Assembly (NCBI GenBank): GCA_030704615.1
Contig: CM060733.1
Span: 57,722,001-57,786,000 of the forward strand
Reading direction: 5' to 3'
DNA: 64,000 bases
Source of the DNA: Takakia lepidozioides
Taxonomy: Eukaryota > Plantae > Bryophyta
Shown here: positions 50,401-64,000 of the stretch, one piece after another
Numbering within the stretch: the stretch's first letter is position 1
How the letters are laid out: each line of letters starts with the position of its first letter
The notes under the pieces: model-generated
What the model saw: the letters and a program-made list of their open reading frames with translations, nothing else
What the model was told of the DNA's origin: nothing
The model's database searches: none
Program-made: the position numbers and the translations under genes

Positions 50401-53400
50401 CTGCCGGAAGTGCGAGACTACACTATAATGCTATATAACCTAACAATATCATTTTCAACGATGTGTTACGAATTTTGTTTTAGCGAGAACAAAACAGATA
50501 CTGCAATACATGTGTTGATAGAGATAAAGCTGTAGATGTAGATATGGATTTCAGTAACATGATTATACAGGAGTTTGCACATGTAGTTAGATCATAGGCT
50601 CCATATTTGCTAATACATAGTTGTCCAGTAAATCCTAATGTGTATATTTCGTAAGTAATATTTCATGCGTTCTATGTAGGTTTTTGTGTCCATGCATACC
50701 ATCAAAAAATTAATTAATTAAGCATAAGTAGAATGAATGAATATAATGATAGATTAGAAGTGAGAAATGAGTTCTCTGAGCTCTCCCAAACAATAGGTAT
50801 TCTAATTTTGAAGAACCACGCTGCTAGCTTGAGAGTTCTGAGATATGTTGTAGTCAGTAATAAGCTGCTAGCAAGCAGCGACTCAAACTTAACGAATTGG
50901 AATTATTTCAATTTCAATTTCAATTTTTCTAGAATTATTAAGATAATGGCTTTGGTAACATAATGCTTAGTTATCGAGTCGTGCTATCATGATCTCCTAG
51001 CATTTGTAATCATGCTCTCATTGGTAGTGTCGTGGCCGCTTCGTTGCAATAGAGAGTTTTTACTTTTTGGTCTCTCTGCTACATTTTCTCTTTGTAGTAT
51101 GCTAAGTTCTACTGTCCCTTTCTTCTTGGTTCAATCATTCAACATATGCCTTCAAACCGTCCATTGGCCCCTCGATGGGCCCAATATGTTGAGCAGTAGG
51201 CTTTGTAAATTCACTGGACGTTAAAGAAACTTCTTTCTTTAGGTGGCACTGCAGTTTTCTCTCAATGACTTTAGATGGTACTAAGCTTCATGCTCCTAGA
51301 TTTGGGATGACTCAAGGAACTTTTTTTTTTTCCTTTCTTTCTGTGTGGTTCTACTCATAAGTTTGCTAGCCTAAACTCATATGAGTATCATATGAATAGA
51401 ATATTCTTACTATTATATTAAAATATCATTACTCTGACTAAGCTACTAGTGCATAAGGTAGTGGTATCTAGAAGTGTGCTTTTAAGTGGTGTGCACTACT
51501 CCAAAGGATGCATTGTCACAAAAATTATGTGAGCAGAATAGCAAATGAACTAACAATCACTTGTGCAAAGCACATAATTTTCCAATCACGGATGTATTAT
51601 GTATGAATTATCAAAGTCAAAGTAACATATTATCCCACTTCTGCTCAATAGGTCGCTCCTGTAATGCCATATATTCCCCCCTAAGTGCACAAGGTGTGTA
51701 CCTATACCCTTCCCCAAAAATTACCAAAATCAGGCCATGTGTGGGCCCAAAAGTAGCTGCCTCCCAAAGCGGAATTCCCCAAAACTTTCCCTGCACGGAT
51801 GACGACCTCTACAAAATCTGACCATACACGTACCAAGTAGGACCCCTAAATCTGCCCTGAGTTGACCTACAACTCCTCAGACATGTCAATCTCAGAACCC
51901 TAAATGAGCCGACCCCGCAGACACAGCTGGAAGAGTCCGTGGCTCCCTCATTTCCAATTCTCTGGCAAATTGAAGCATGATAAAATGTGTGTACTGTTCT
52001 GTACCATATAAAGTGAACCATTGCATTCATGCCTGGCTGGCCATTGTCCCAAAACAACCGCCTCCACTTTCAAAAAATGAATGAGGAATTTGAAATAAAA
52101 ATCACTAAGCGGCTGTATAATTAGCTTCACTAATCCACCATTAATTAAGCCCCTCATACTCCAAAAACACCCCATATTGTACCTAATCCAAAGCACTACT
52201 TAACCTTGAACTGCCTCCATCGCAAAAGTGCACATTACTGGGATGAAAACAGTGACTTCATTAAACAAAAATAGGGGACAGAATAAGGCAACGCACACTT
52301 CTAGATGCCACTACCTTAATACACATCCAAGGCTTCAACATTCATCCAATGTCTAGAAGTGGGGTATTATACGTTGAGGTACATTCTACATTCTACATTC
52401 AAGGAGTATGAAGGAGGGAGGTACGGTTGGTTCAGCTTGGCTTTTATCTCGAGAGCGATGGATCGATCAGTGTGTGGTCCCTGCTGCGTGCTGCTTCCAT
52501 GTCAGTGTTGGCTGCTTGTGGGACTCTTGTGCTCCCTTTGCTCCACTGGGCAAGTCTGTCTGTGCATGGCCGATCGTCTCCACAAGTGCTGGATGACTTG
52601 CAGGTGGCGTGGAAGATGGGGTTTTCAGACTTGTTGGTGGACTGTGTGTGGTCCCAAGGCATTTGTGGACTTCAGAAAGCACCACACTGGGCCCGGACAT
52701 GGTGGTATCAGTAGGACTTACAAGTAGAAATTCACAAGCTTGTCTCGTGCAGCATGGAGGGTATATTAGGCTATGGGGCCTAAATCAGGATCGCCTCGGA
52801 TTGCAGCTCGGTTAAAGCGATATACACTATACCTTGGCAAATCCCAACTGTGGGCTGCAGCTGGTGAGAGACGCTGGACTAAGATGAACGAATAGATTGA
52901 TCAAGCTGCTTTGCAAGTAGAAATATTCTCAACTTGTTTGACTTGTGAAAACGCCAGTTTTAGTTAGTCACTTATTTGATAGTCGAATGCAGGGACGAGT
53001 CCTGACTAATCCCATTTTGTGAAATCCACAATCGCCCTTTGCTGCATCCATGCAAGCAACAGTCCACGGTTCTCTTGATCCGGGTGTCGGTCTCCATCTA
53101 GTTCAGTAGGTGCCAAACGAATCATAAGTCCTTGTTTTTCGACATATATACCGATGCAACATGTGCGGGGGCACCTTACATTTGTAAACCGGGACATGCA
53201 ATGAATGGTCATTGGTACCTAGAAGATGACCTTTCAGAAGAATTGGAGACTGTTGCTCAGCCCATATAGCTACGAGCTGTCAGTTTTCACGCTCGTACAA
53301 ATGGACACCTCTTAGCCACAATTTGCACCATATATATACAAGACTTGTGCACAGAACTGACCAAACAGGGAGGCGGACGTCGGTTGTTCGACCAAAACAT

Positions 53401-53684
53401 GGGTCTCAGTTCTTTACTTGAACATTTGTACAAAGGACACTGAGATTCAGCTCTTTACTTGACACATCTGTACACACTTCATCTGTCCTCAGCATCTAAG
53501 ATTCGAAATCTCTTAAGCTTACTTCCTTGAACACTCATGACACCAGATTTTACTCTGGACAACTCCACGAAAAGGTACCAGTTTATCTTCGATTTCGTTT
53601 CCCTATCCAATCTGTACTCCAAATACCAACTGGCTGAAAACACGTACATATAAGCGTGCATGAAACCCCCACCGTCAGGCAATC

Positions 53685-54796
53685 TCAGGAGCCACTGGCC
53701 AGGCTGCAATTGCTAACACGGAACTCCCATCCAGTGTTAATTTGGTGAGCAGCTGTCAGATTTCCACACCTTAGTAGATACAACTCAGTTTGAATTGTTA
53801 CTACATACATGTAGGGCTAAGAAGTTCACTCATTAATTACCTGCGCCACCTGGGCAAACGTGGAGGGGAGGACCAGTGCTCCAATCCATGTTCACGTTTT
53901 GGCCTCGACATGTTCCTTTCCAACAAGAAACTGGCACATGGGTACCATCAAAATCATGCTCAGCTATGCCCCCGTTGATGACATTCACTACAAAGTCAGG
54001 GACGTAGTTGTAGCCGATGATGTTTGGGATGATACTTGCAGCATCATATGGTGCAAGGTAATTGTAGCTACCACGCGCTCGGACGCCTCCAAAGTCTGTA
54101 ATCCAGGTTTCAAGCTTGTCCGATGGAAACATGGAAGAGACATTGGTGTTGAAGAGACTTCCAAACTCTGACAGAAACACTGCCGCTTCAACCTCCATCA
54201 ATTCGATTCTGTAATTGAAGAAGGCAAGGGGTGTAGTAGAGCATCGATCTGCGTGTGGAGAGCTGTTGCTTTCCGAATTTGCAAGACTGCAACCTGCTTG
54301 CCGCCAGCCGCAGCACTGATGACCACCCGGAGGTACCACCGCTTTGAAGGAAACGTCTGTAACTGGAAGCTGCACAAAATGGGCGAGAAGATTCTCTAAC
54401 AGTTACACGATATGTATATGTACAGAAGAACATGCATGCACTACCTATCCTGTGCTCTATGATTTGTACTTGCGAACTCCAAAATTCAGCAGCTGCACAG
54501 TAGAACAACAATTCACAGCAGACTCTCCAGGGCACTTTTACTGCAACTCCTAGGAAGTCTTCCTCCAGGTTCCTTTGTGCTTGCAAAATGATTGTTTGAT
54601 GCATATGCAACCCTCCGTCTCTCGAGCTCCAACTTGTCAGGTGACAATCGGTCCAGAAGCTCACCTGTAGTACTGTGATTTCATAGGTCGCCTCGTTCCA
54701 TACACAGTAAGCAGATGCGCCTTCAAGAGAGTATATTGCAACTAGCAACAGGCCCAACCATAGTGATGCCACTCTACCAGGAAATGTCCGTGCCAT
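53685..54796 (-). CDS. Secreted cysteine-rich protein of unknown function, 242 aa, 3 exons (54665-54796, 53841-54369, 53685-53752)
   Basis: Signal-peptide-like MARTFPGRVASLWLGLLLVAIYSLEGASA. GT-AG introns are phase-consistent and the frame is open to TGA. Confidence 0.75.
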
Positions 54797-55644
54797 TGCA
54801 AGTAACTGCTGATTTCCGTGCCTGCCCACCTCGGAGCCCCACAATCTCCTCCTCTTCTAGCACCGCCAACGAATGGACTGGGACCTCCGCCTCCCTAGTC
54901 TAGAACATGCGGAAAGGGAAGAGCGCTCCAAGACAATTTGGTGGTGGGAGAGTACGCAAGGCTCGCTCCCTTTGTAGTGTGCAATTCTGTTCCTGCATGA
55001 GCGTCGTCTTCCCCAAGTCGTCGATGACTTTAGGTGGCGTGGAAGATGACTTGTTGGTGGTACCTCGTGTGTGGGTCCCAAAGGCATTTGTCGAAAGCTT
55101 CCAAAAGCACCCTGAGTGGGCCCGGATATGGTGAGTGGGATCTCGCAAATCCACTTCGTTCTGGAGGGTAATACCTCCCCGTGGGCTCGAAAGGGGGTGC
55201 GATATTCTTTCACGGACAGCATCACGAGCCTGGGTCCCTCTTGACGATGATAGGGTCAGATGGGGTGACCACGTCCTTCTCCGTAGATCTACTTTATGAA
55301 AACACCTGTCGGTAGTAGTTGCCTGCAGGGATGTTTGAATGCGGGAAGATGACTGCGGATTTTAAGGAAACTTTTATCTTTGCATGGGAATCGATGACTC
55401 GTGCTGGAGGGTTTGTATGGTGAGTGGGATCTCGCAAATCCACTTCGTGCTGGAGGGTAATACCTCCCCGACTACTTTTACCCTCTTATCTATCAGAGTC
55501 AATGGCAGGCCAGGGGTATCAGATACTGGAGCCCCCAGACTGTGGGGGGTGCCTAGCTCAAAGATTGATTTTGTGGACCACTGTCACCCAGACAACTCCT
55601 TTGTGTATTCACACTTCAGCTCTTGTGGAAAGTATTCACACTTC

Positions 55645-56480
55645 CGCGATAGAGGTGGAGGCAAGAGAGAAAGTGCAGGTGATAGAGGTGATGGAGCTGG
55701 AGGCAAGACAGAAGGAGGCAAGACAGAAGGAGGCGATGGAGGGGGAGGCAAGAGAAAAAGTGCAGGTGATAGAGGTGATGGAGCTGGAGCCAAGACTGAA
55801 GGAGGCGATGGATGTGAAGGTAAGAGAGAAAATGGAGAGGCTGATGGAAGCAAGAGATAAAGCGCTGGGACAGGAGGACAGTAGAGAAACCTGGGTGCAC
55901 GGACATGATTACAGACTACGAAAGCGGTAAGAAGCGTCAGCGGGATGCGGACAACGCCAACAGCGTAAAGCGGCTGGGGGACTTGAGCACTGGCATCAGT
56001 GAAAGGCACCAGGATGTGGGTCCAGTGATGTTGAACCGCTACAGGTTTTTCACAGCAAGGCAGTTGCTTTCATCTCAAGTGCCCCATGCGCCCCGCTTAT
56101 GCAAACAGACCTACATACAGCTTTCACTACGCAAACACATTTCCTCACATGTTGGAAGATTGGAGCAAATGCGACGGCGGCCCTCGACGTTGCACAATCG
56201 AACAACACTTGAAGCCTGTGAAAGATCAGATTCCAGATTGGGTAGCCACTGCAAATGATCAGCTTCCCTGCTTTTTTGTATCCCTGAGAGATTGTTGCAG
56301 TTCCTTGGGAGTGGAATCTTCCATATGCCAGGCCCTTCTGTCTTGCCTCCAGCTCCATCACCTCTCTCACCTGCACTTTCTCTCTTGCCTCCATCTCTAT
56401 CGCCTCCTCCTTCTGTCTTGCCTCCACCTTCATCACCTCTATCACCTGCACTTTATCTCTTGCCTCCACCTCCATCACCC
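55645..56480. repeat. Inverted repeat built from ~75-bp purine-rich tandem units
   Basis: GGAGGCAAGAGAGAAAGTGCAGGTGATAGAGGTGATGGAGCTGGAGGCAAGACAGAAGG units at ~55645-55860, with their reverse complement at ~56333-56480. Confidence 0.85.
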
Positions 56481-57732
56481 CAGATGATGGTTTCTTTCAC
56501 AGAGAGAATATCTCAGTCTCAAGTTCTCAACAGCTGTAAGCTCTACAAAGTGGGCGCCCAGAGCTCAACCGTACACCCCGATCAGCTTCTTCAACCTTCT
56601 GATGAGGAAGCTACAGACTGCAGTCCTGTCACATAATTTATCGACGATTGCTGGGCTGCTACATTGAATCGACCTCCAGGGGAATTGTTGTTGCCGACGA
56701 GCAGGTGCCAGGAGGTGGCATATACAGTGTCCATAAGGAATGTGTGGTACGCTCTAGCTCTTCATTTCCCAAACTGGAAAATATTGATAGGAATACTAAT
56801 GGGCACATTCAGCCATGCAAGGAACACTCATCAGACTCACATCATTTAATTGAGAGGAAAGAAAGTCTTGAATACTTCGTGAGTGGGGTGTTCACTTTGC
56901 AGATCATTGGCAACCCCTGCAGACTGAAGTACACCAATTAATTGCAACTGGTGCAACGAATAAGTTCCAGGGAACTTGCCCTGTGAAGGCCCTCCAGACA
57001 CTGACTGCACACAGCTTCTGAGCTCCCAAACGGGGAAGAGGAATTTGTCTGACCCAGAAAGTACACAGGAACTTGACAAACCCAAGAAATTAGGTGAATG
57101 TCACATTCAAGTTGATCCATACTTGCAACCTCACACCACAGCTACACAGAACATGAGGGAAGTATGGCATATAGCAATTTGAGTAAGGAATTTCTGACTT
57201 ATATCTGTCAGATTGCATCTATGGGACAAACGGGTCGTATAAGCATGTTAGTCAATTGGACTAATAAGTTGTATAGAAGCATGGTTTGATTGATATACTG
57301 ATGCCACAACTCCAACCAATCCCAAAGATTGTCATGATGGAGGAAGACAAAAGCTATCTAGGGTTATCCTAAGATGAGACCATCATGCTGTATTTCTTGC
57401 AGCTGGAGTTTGTCAGTTTCTTTGTCAACCCAAAACGAGAAATTGTGAAATGACCCTACTGTAGACCTAAAACCTTTGAAGTCATTATATATGTCACTGG
57501 AAATCTTGTCCAAAAGGTGCAACATTCTTTGCCAAGCTCGCACCAGGCACAGCATCCAAGATAAGGCATCACAGCAGCGTGCTTAAGAAATTCCATGTGG
57601 ATAATATGGACCATCTAACCAACCAAGAGAACTTGTCCACAGAACAAAAGTTGAGGCAGATAAAGAGTCTTGGGGAATCACCCACTATTCTTGAGTATCA
57701 CCCAAATTCTACATATGTTGGTCAACTCAACT

Positions 57733-60700
57733 CTACCGTCGAAGAGATCCCCAGCTGTGGCGCCCCTGTCAGGAAAAGTAAGCCAAAAATAACATCAACC
57801 TAATTGCGTTTAGGAAACTATGCCATCTGAGCATCTCCAACATCCAGCTCTACATAGGAAATGAGTGCGATCACCATAACCTCAGACCATGACTAACAGA
57901 CAATTTTGCAGGAACCTCATACAAACATCCTATGCAATTCAGTGAGGAACTGTAGAAATCTCTTCTCCCAAAGGGCATCCAAACATGCACTTTCAATCAA
58001 GCTGGGACCCAAACTAGAAATACCTGTGAAGCGGAAGCTCCAGTTGATTTCTTGGGGTCTACTGTAGTGTCTTCATCTTCAACATCATCATCATCATCTA
58101 TAAACCTGGTCCTTGGCACTGGTGTGCTTGCTCCCCTGCCTCGCTTTGCGGCTGCAGCTCTCCCCCCCCTCTGCGACCCTGTAGGTGCTGGTCTCTTTCT
58201 TGCCGGGTAGTTGATGGGATCCTGCTTCATCACATGATTTATCATCCTCTCTTCTAGGTACAGGTGTGGCAGGATACTGGTGAATTTGAAACATATTAAG
58301 TGTTAAGCAGAATATATGTTCCTTCGATATGCTCAACTATGATCTGGTTGTCAGCTGTTATTAAACTGACAACCTCCTCCACATGCAATCACCTTTCTTA
58401 GTTGCTGTGTCCTCAGCTTGTCACAAAATACTGCAGATTTCAAATTAGGCAGAGACACACATTCAGGTGCATAGGCAGTATGACAGAACTGTGTTTAGCC
58501 AAGCCATCTAAATGAGTGTACCACAGATTTTCTCCATGCCATATTGGATTGAAACTGAATATACATGGTGAAGGATGTACCGAATCACTGTCTGGCTCCT
58601 CTGGCTCCTTGTCAGAGTTGTGACCACTAGGGACAGCTCCCTCCTCATCACTCTCGCTTATTCTCTGCAAAGCTGCAGAGGCAGCCCTGAACTCAAGCAC
58701 ACCTGAGAATTACATTCTGGAGCAATATTCACACCTGCCATGCTATGTAGACACTAGGAAATGGGTGGCTCGTTAGATTCTCGTATTCACCTTCTATCCA
58801 CTTCCAGATTCAAATAAATGCGACACAAGAAATATTCATCCTAGGAATTCATGAGAACAACTGAGCTAGAATTTGAGCAACTGCCAACAAAATCCACCTT
58901 CTGGAAGGACGTGGCTGCCGGATTACATCTAGTGTTGTCTGCGTTAGACTGCCCCGTGATCCTCGGCCTCTACCGCGGCTTCCTCTACCCCGTCTGCCAG
59001 AGATCTCAGCTTTATCTGTACTTCCCTGGCTAGAAGGCCTTCCACGTTTGGCTGGAGTAGCTGCTTTTGTTGCCAACACCCTTTGCCCTAGGACCTCATC
59101 ACCACTGAACTCTTCACTTCTGACAACTTTGCCACTGGATTTCCCTCCTGAGCTGTGGGCTAAGGCAGACTGGAAAACCCACAATCACATACAATTTCAA
59201 TTGTAAGTAACCACCAACCTTATTCCAACAGCTCAGAAGGTTGGACCTAGACAACTGCCAGTAGCTAAAGCCCATCAACATCCTGGATCACGACTCACAT
59301 CCTCCTGCTAAGACGACCTCCAAAATTCAGCAGTATTTCACATTAGTTCTTTAGGTTAAGGGAAACACGCCAGCACAGAATCAGTCTTTGCAAACAAGTG
59401 CACAAGGGATGTTGCCTGGGATCCGTGCCGTTCAACTGCTGAAGAAGGATCATTGTCAGGAGGAGATGATGGTCCTGCTCTATATTTGGGAATTGCCTGA
59501 TTCTCACGTTGCTGCACACTCAACACCAGAGAGCTTCAAACCCAAACCTGCCCTCTCAACCTTAACCAACTTGCCTCTGTAATATACCTAGAAATGGAGT
59601 TTTATGCTATCCCAAGTTCCAAACCTAGCACCAAGGTGGCAACATGTTACAGACAGTAATACAAACCAGTGTTTCATGTTCAAGGCACGTACACATTTGC
59701 AAAATCAGCTGGAAGACTTGCGTATACACCATGATTCCTTATTGAAACTTCTATTCAGCAAACGTTGGAAAAGGAAAGGGACTGACTTGCATGTGCTCAC
59801 TGACTTTCACTATGACATCTTTCTCCTCCTGTATTTGCTTAGGGTCAGCTTCCTGGGCAATCTTGCTCTGTACAACAGCACACAACAGTTTCAACCTTAC
59901 ATCCAGGCTCAATAGAAGTGTGCCTTGTAGGCTAGAAACACCAAGCGTTCTTTGATACATGAGAACCAAGTGTCTCATTCCATGGCAGAACCAGCCCTAT
60001 TTGATAGTAGTAAGCTGCTGCCACAACATGAGACATTGCCATCAAGGGCTCTGAAAGGCTTGATAATAAACAAGCCAGATAAGGTTCATATGTTGGCATT
60101 TTCCAATACATGGGAATAGAAGTGAATTACCACACTATGTGTAACAGCAATAACATCACTCATGGAGTAACACAAAGTATATGGTATGCCTGTGTCTCAT
60201 CCAAATTATGTTGAACACAGGCGTAGAATGCTTGTTTGTCATCTTTGTGCACAAAATCTTGTAGCGCCATGCCTAGATCGGAAACAGGTAAAATCTCCAT
60301 TTTCTGCAAACCCCATATCCCTCCTTGTAAATAGACAAGACAGAGGCCAGCCTGCAGCTAGAGAATTGCTTAGCTCTTGCAGTCTGTAGGCCAATTCTGT
60401 ATACCCAGCGTTCTAACAACAATGCCAAACCTTCCTTCCCTCCCAACCTGAAGAGGTAAGTCAATTCCGACGGATTTCTGGTGAGCAGAAGATTGGCCAA
60501 TGCACTTTACCCAAACCATACATTTAGGTAGCCTAGTAAGATGAGTTTTCAATGCTTGTTTCTCTCCAAAAAGTATTTGTGGAATGCCCAACCAGATTGC
60601 TCTCAGCAACAAGGGCTTCAATGTTTTGTTGGTTCAATTCCTCTGGCCGCAGCTTTTCCTTCTCATCAATCATGTCTGTTTCCAGCCCAACATCCCCGTG

Positions 60701-63700
60701 AAGGTCAATTGGGCACTTATTGCTCATGTGTCACTGAAGATGTACTAATTAACCCCTGAGGATAACAGGTGAAAGAACCAAACCATAAAACTGCAGGAGC
60801 AAAGAACTACTAAGCATGGCGTGAAGGTGGAAAATCTCCTTCAGGGAGAGAGAGTACCATTCCCTATAGCTCTCTTCTTTGCTGCTTTTGTAAAGAGAAG
60901 TATGTCATTTGGATTGGCTACCTGCAAGCACCATGGCAATCAACTTCACGTGATATGTGTTGAATTTCCTCATTCAAACACATCTTTGCATATTGATCTA
61001 AAAGAGGGGTATACTCCAGCAGAAGTTGAATCAATTGAGACTGGCAACAGATAAATCCTTTGCCTAAGTCTACAGTGTATCTCTATACCAGACTAAATAT
61101 GCTGGTAAACTGTTACTCAAGACATGGTTTTGTGTGGGCAAATTGTTGACCACACCTGGGAGTTCTACAATAATCCAACAGCAGAGCTGACCAAAACAAT
61201 GAATACAGACAGATATGTCCTCCACAACAAGTTTACAGACACTTGTCAAGGTTGTAATTGATGATTAACCATACACCTTCAGACCAGTCTTGTTTTTGGT
61301 TATTCCTTACGCCACATATGTATCTTCGAAATACAAGATGAGAACAGATTTGAACAGATGAGAACACTATTCCTATCGCGATTAGACAGGACATCTCACC
61401 TTACCAACAAACTTTTGGCCGAACCGCTGTGGATTGATTGTCGAGAAGCCTGTGTAGTCCACCTGCACTTCATGAAGAGAGCTCCTCTATCAACAACTAT
61501 TTCAATGAAACTGTTCAAAGCACTGATCCAGTCTGTATTCACAAGTTCAGCATTAAGAAGTGTTTAATTAAGTTCTGGTTGTCAGATGATGATAACGTTA
61601 CTAAATCTGCAATTTGTCCCGTAGCATTCATGAAGAATTTATAAAGTGGACAGAAAATACCTGTTGGGGTATATAAATAATCAAACAGAGAGAATGGCAT
61701 TGCGCTTCGAGACAGTTTAGCTCTGGTTTGGACTTTGGTCATCTCAATCTGGACAGATATCAGAGATAGCCCTTCGAGACTTGAATTGAAGTTTTAAGCT
61801 GTGCTTTGCTTGCTTGATGAATGTGATTGTACTTCGTAATATTTGTTCTAATTTTTCAAACCTCATCTTCAGACCCATCCTTAAAACAACAGGGCTCTAA
61901 ATTGTTAATGTCTGTCTCACACAAGACTTCGTAAACTGAGATGGGTGTTAGCAACCAATGTGGATGCACCATACAACTATGATGTGTGCAAACCATAGCT
62001 GGGGAGTTCAGAGATGTGACTCACCCGTACCCTGACCAAGGGCAGCACGGCTTCTGGTCGGCCCACAGTCTTCTCAGCCGCTTTTGCTATTAAGTCATTT
62101 ACCTGTCACCACAATTATTTTCTTCGTGGTAGTTATAGGTCTGCCTATTGCAACAATAGCAAAGAATAGTCATGGCATAGAGGTTTGAATGTATACTTTG
62201 GTAATTGACATGGCAGATCACATTGCAAAACTCGAGACTTAACTGACACACTAGAGCCTGGTGCTTTGGAGAATTAATGAAATGGGCTACTGAAACACTT
62301 ACCACTTTTCCCAAATGCCCAAGAACAGCAGTTTGATCATTAGGGTCCAGATCAGGCTCAACCTTCAGTGAAACCTAAAGAGCACGCCACAGCAGCAATG
62401 ACAAGAAGGTTGGAAAATATGGTCAGCTTTTAAAAAATACAAATTGCCAATCTTTCAAACTGTAAATTACACCAAAGCAAAACTATCAAAGAATACTTCA
62501 AGTGTCTGCCAATCTGGACTTCCTGTACAGACCGGACACAAAGGGGAGCAACAAAGAAAATGTGGACATCCAGCAGTATTAACACTTGTCCATCTCTGTC
62601 TCTGAGAATGCAGATATGTATGACTCACATCAGCAAATTCAAAAGGTCTCACAGATTGTAGTGGGATCTTTGTTGGGCGGTACTGGCTCCCCTGCATCGA
62701 CAGGTAAAGGGATCATGAGAGACATTGGATTCAAGTGACATCAAGCTCAATGTAACCCAGAGCCTTTAAATACATGTCTTCAATGCGATGATAGTGGATG
62801 GGCCGCCCTTGTCCTTTCATCCTTGTTTAATGCACGGTTCTTTTCTTTGCCCCAGAGACACTGCTACAGAAGCACAAACATCAGTCCATGATTCCTATGG
62901 AACAGGACCCCTGTCGTGTCACATATGCATCTAAGGTCTACATAGACATCACTCCACAACAATTTTCCTGATCAGTGCTTGAACTTAGGAATAATCAACC
63001 ATGGAGATGCAGACCTTGATCTCTAGAAGGAGAACATGCTTGGGCTTGGCTTCCCCATCAATGAGTGATGTAGCCACTGAGGAGCCTGGCTGTGTCACAT
63101 GGAAGCCCATTCCGAGCACTTCCTGCATGCTACCGCGATACTCCAACATTTAGAGCGCTGTTTTCCACTCCAATTGTAAGCAAGTTTGGAGATTAGCCTA
63201 GGCCAAAATCACCTGATCGTGAACATGCATAACACACCCAGTTAAGGCACACAGGATTGAATCAAAACAATCTCTTCAACAATGAAGATCCAACGGCTAA
63301 CTCTTCAATTTCATGGCACCCATTGCCTTCCCACCATATGCAAAGACCAAATCTTGGATGCTAGGACCCTGACCAGGTGTGCACTTTTCAACCTAGACTA
63401 ATCAATGAACATGCTTTCAAAAATTAAGACTACGCCTGAGGGAGTAAGCTCCTCACTTACTTGGAAACCAGCATGGACAAATATTTCATCAAATATGAAG
63501 GAAGACCTGCATAAATATTCTCTCCCATCCACAAGTAGTCCCCAATGTTCTCAGGGGGGCTATGTAGCTGAAGCAAAGAATAGTACCTGTGGATCTATAC
63601 GACACTCATGCTCATGGCCCCAGATGACAAAGTCCAGGAATCGTGCCAGAAAGTGCTCATTGATGGCGTTCCTTGGATTTGCCTTAACTCTGACAAAGAC

Positions 63701-64000
63701 AGCAATTTTGGGACAGTAGAACCTGATTCAGTGCCAAAAACTAACTCTACATTGATATGCACATCTCTTCTTGAGATCAGCCAAGCTGTTTGAGTCCACA
63801 CACATGTAGCATAAGAACACAGAGATTATGGAGACAGCCTCCACAGGTTCACAAGAATGTGTAGATGTCGGATGAAGAATGTCTGGCAGAAAGATGTCAC
63901 ATACTCTGATTGATGCATGACCCAAGGCCAGTGCAATTGATATCTGTGACCATCCTAAAGACCAGGTTGACATGCACATCCACCCTCTTCTTACTACCAA
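57733..64000 (-). CDS. MRE11: Double-strand break repair nuclease MRE11, 3' portion (5' exons lie beyond the window)
   Basis: Exons 63587-63689 (FLDFVIWGHEHEC), 63015-63122 (TQPGSSVATSL), 62629-62691, 62303-62374, 62025-62102 (LPLVRVR), 61400-61462 (INPQRFGQKFVGK), 60858-60921 (VANPNDIL), 60593-60675, 60190-60303, 59787-59867. GAR-motif exon at ~58900-59170. Last exon 57733-57765 (GRHSWGSLRR*). Confidence 0.95.

Noticed and set aside
57733-64000. Functional link between MRE11 and the transposon nest
   Set aside because: Proximity alone gives no evidence; the gene looks like an ordinary host copy.

Overview
Eukaryotic nuclear DNA from a non-seed land plant. A hornwort or other bryophyte/lycophyte is inferred from the PLS-class PPR editing factors, a Replitron and a Dualen-like LINE. 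Bases 1 to ~50,500 are a nest of transposons. The main discovery is three non-autonomous CACTA (Pack-CACTA) elements (7321-27093, 12904-20685, 30503-~34600). They carry no recognisable transposase but all carry the same family of PLS-PPR RNA-editing-factor sequences, one with an E/DYW remnant. Two also carry single captured exons of PLPBP/YggS, SUMO and PAL. TSDs and split reading frames resolve a four-level nesting: a SWIM/kinase MULE-like host, then Pack-CACTA-A, then a chromoviral Ty3/Gypsy element (11175-25935, TSD GTAAA), then Pack-CACTA-B (TSD TGA, splitting the Gypsy chromodomain). Further right is a truncated second Gypsy copy. It is followed by a degenerate RT-less Dualen-like LINE (2A-like motif, APE, chromo-like, PCIF1-like methyltransferase-like, RNase H, CCHC, RLE), which is interrupted by a 9-bp-TSD MULE holding a 7-unit hairpin array. 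A probable hAT MITE and a degenerate Replitron HUH gene follow. The right end holds two host genes on the minus strand: an intact 3-exon gene for a cysteine-rich secreted protein (53685-54796) and the 3' part of MRE11 (57733->64000). All family assignments come from motif recognition by eye; no database searches were run.
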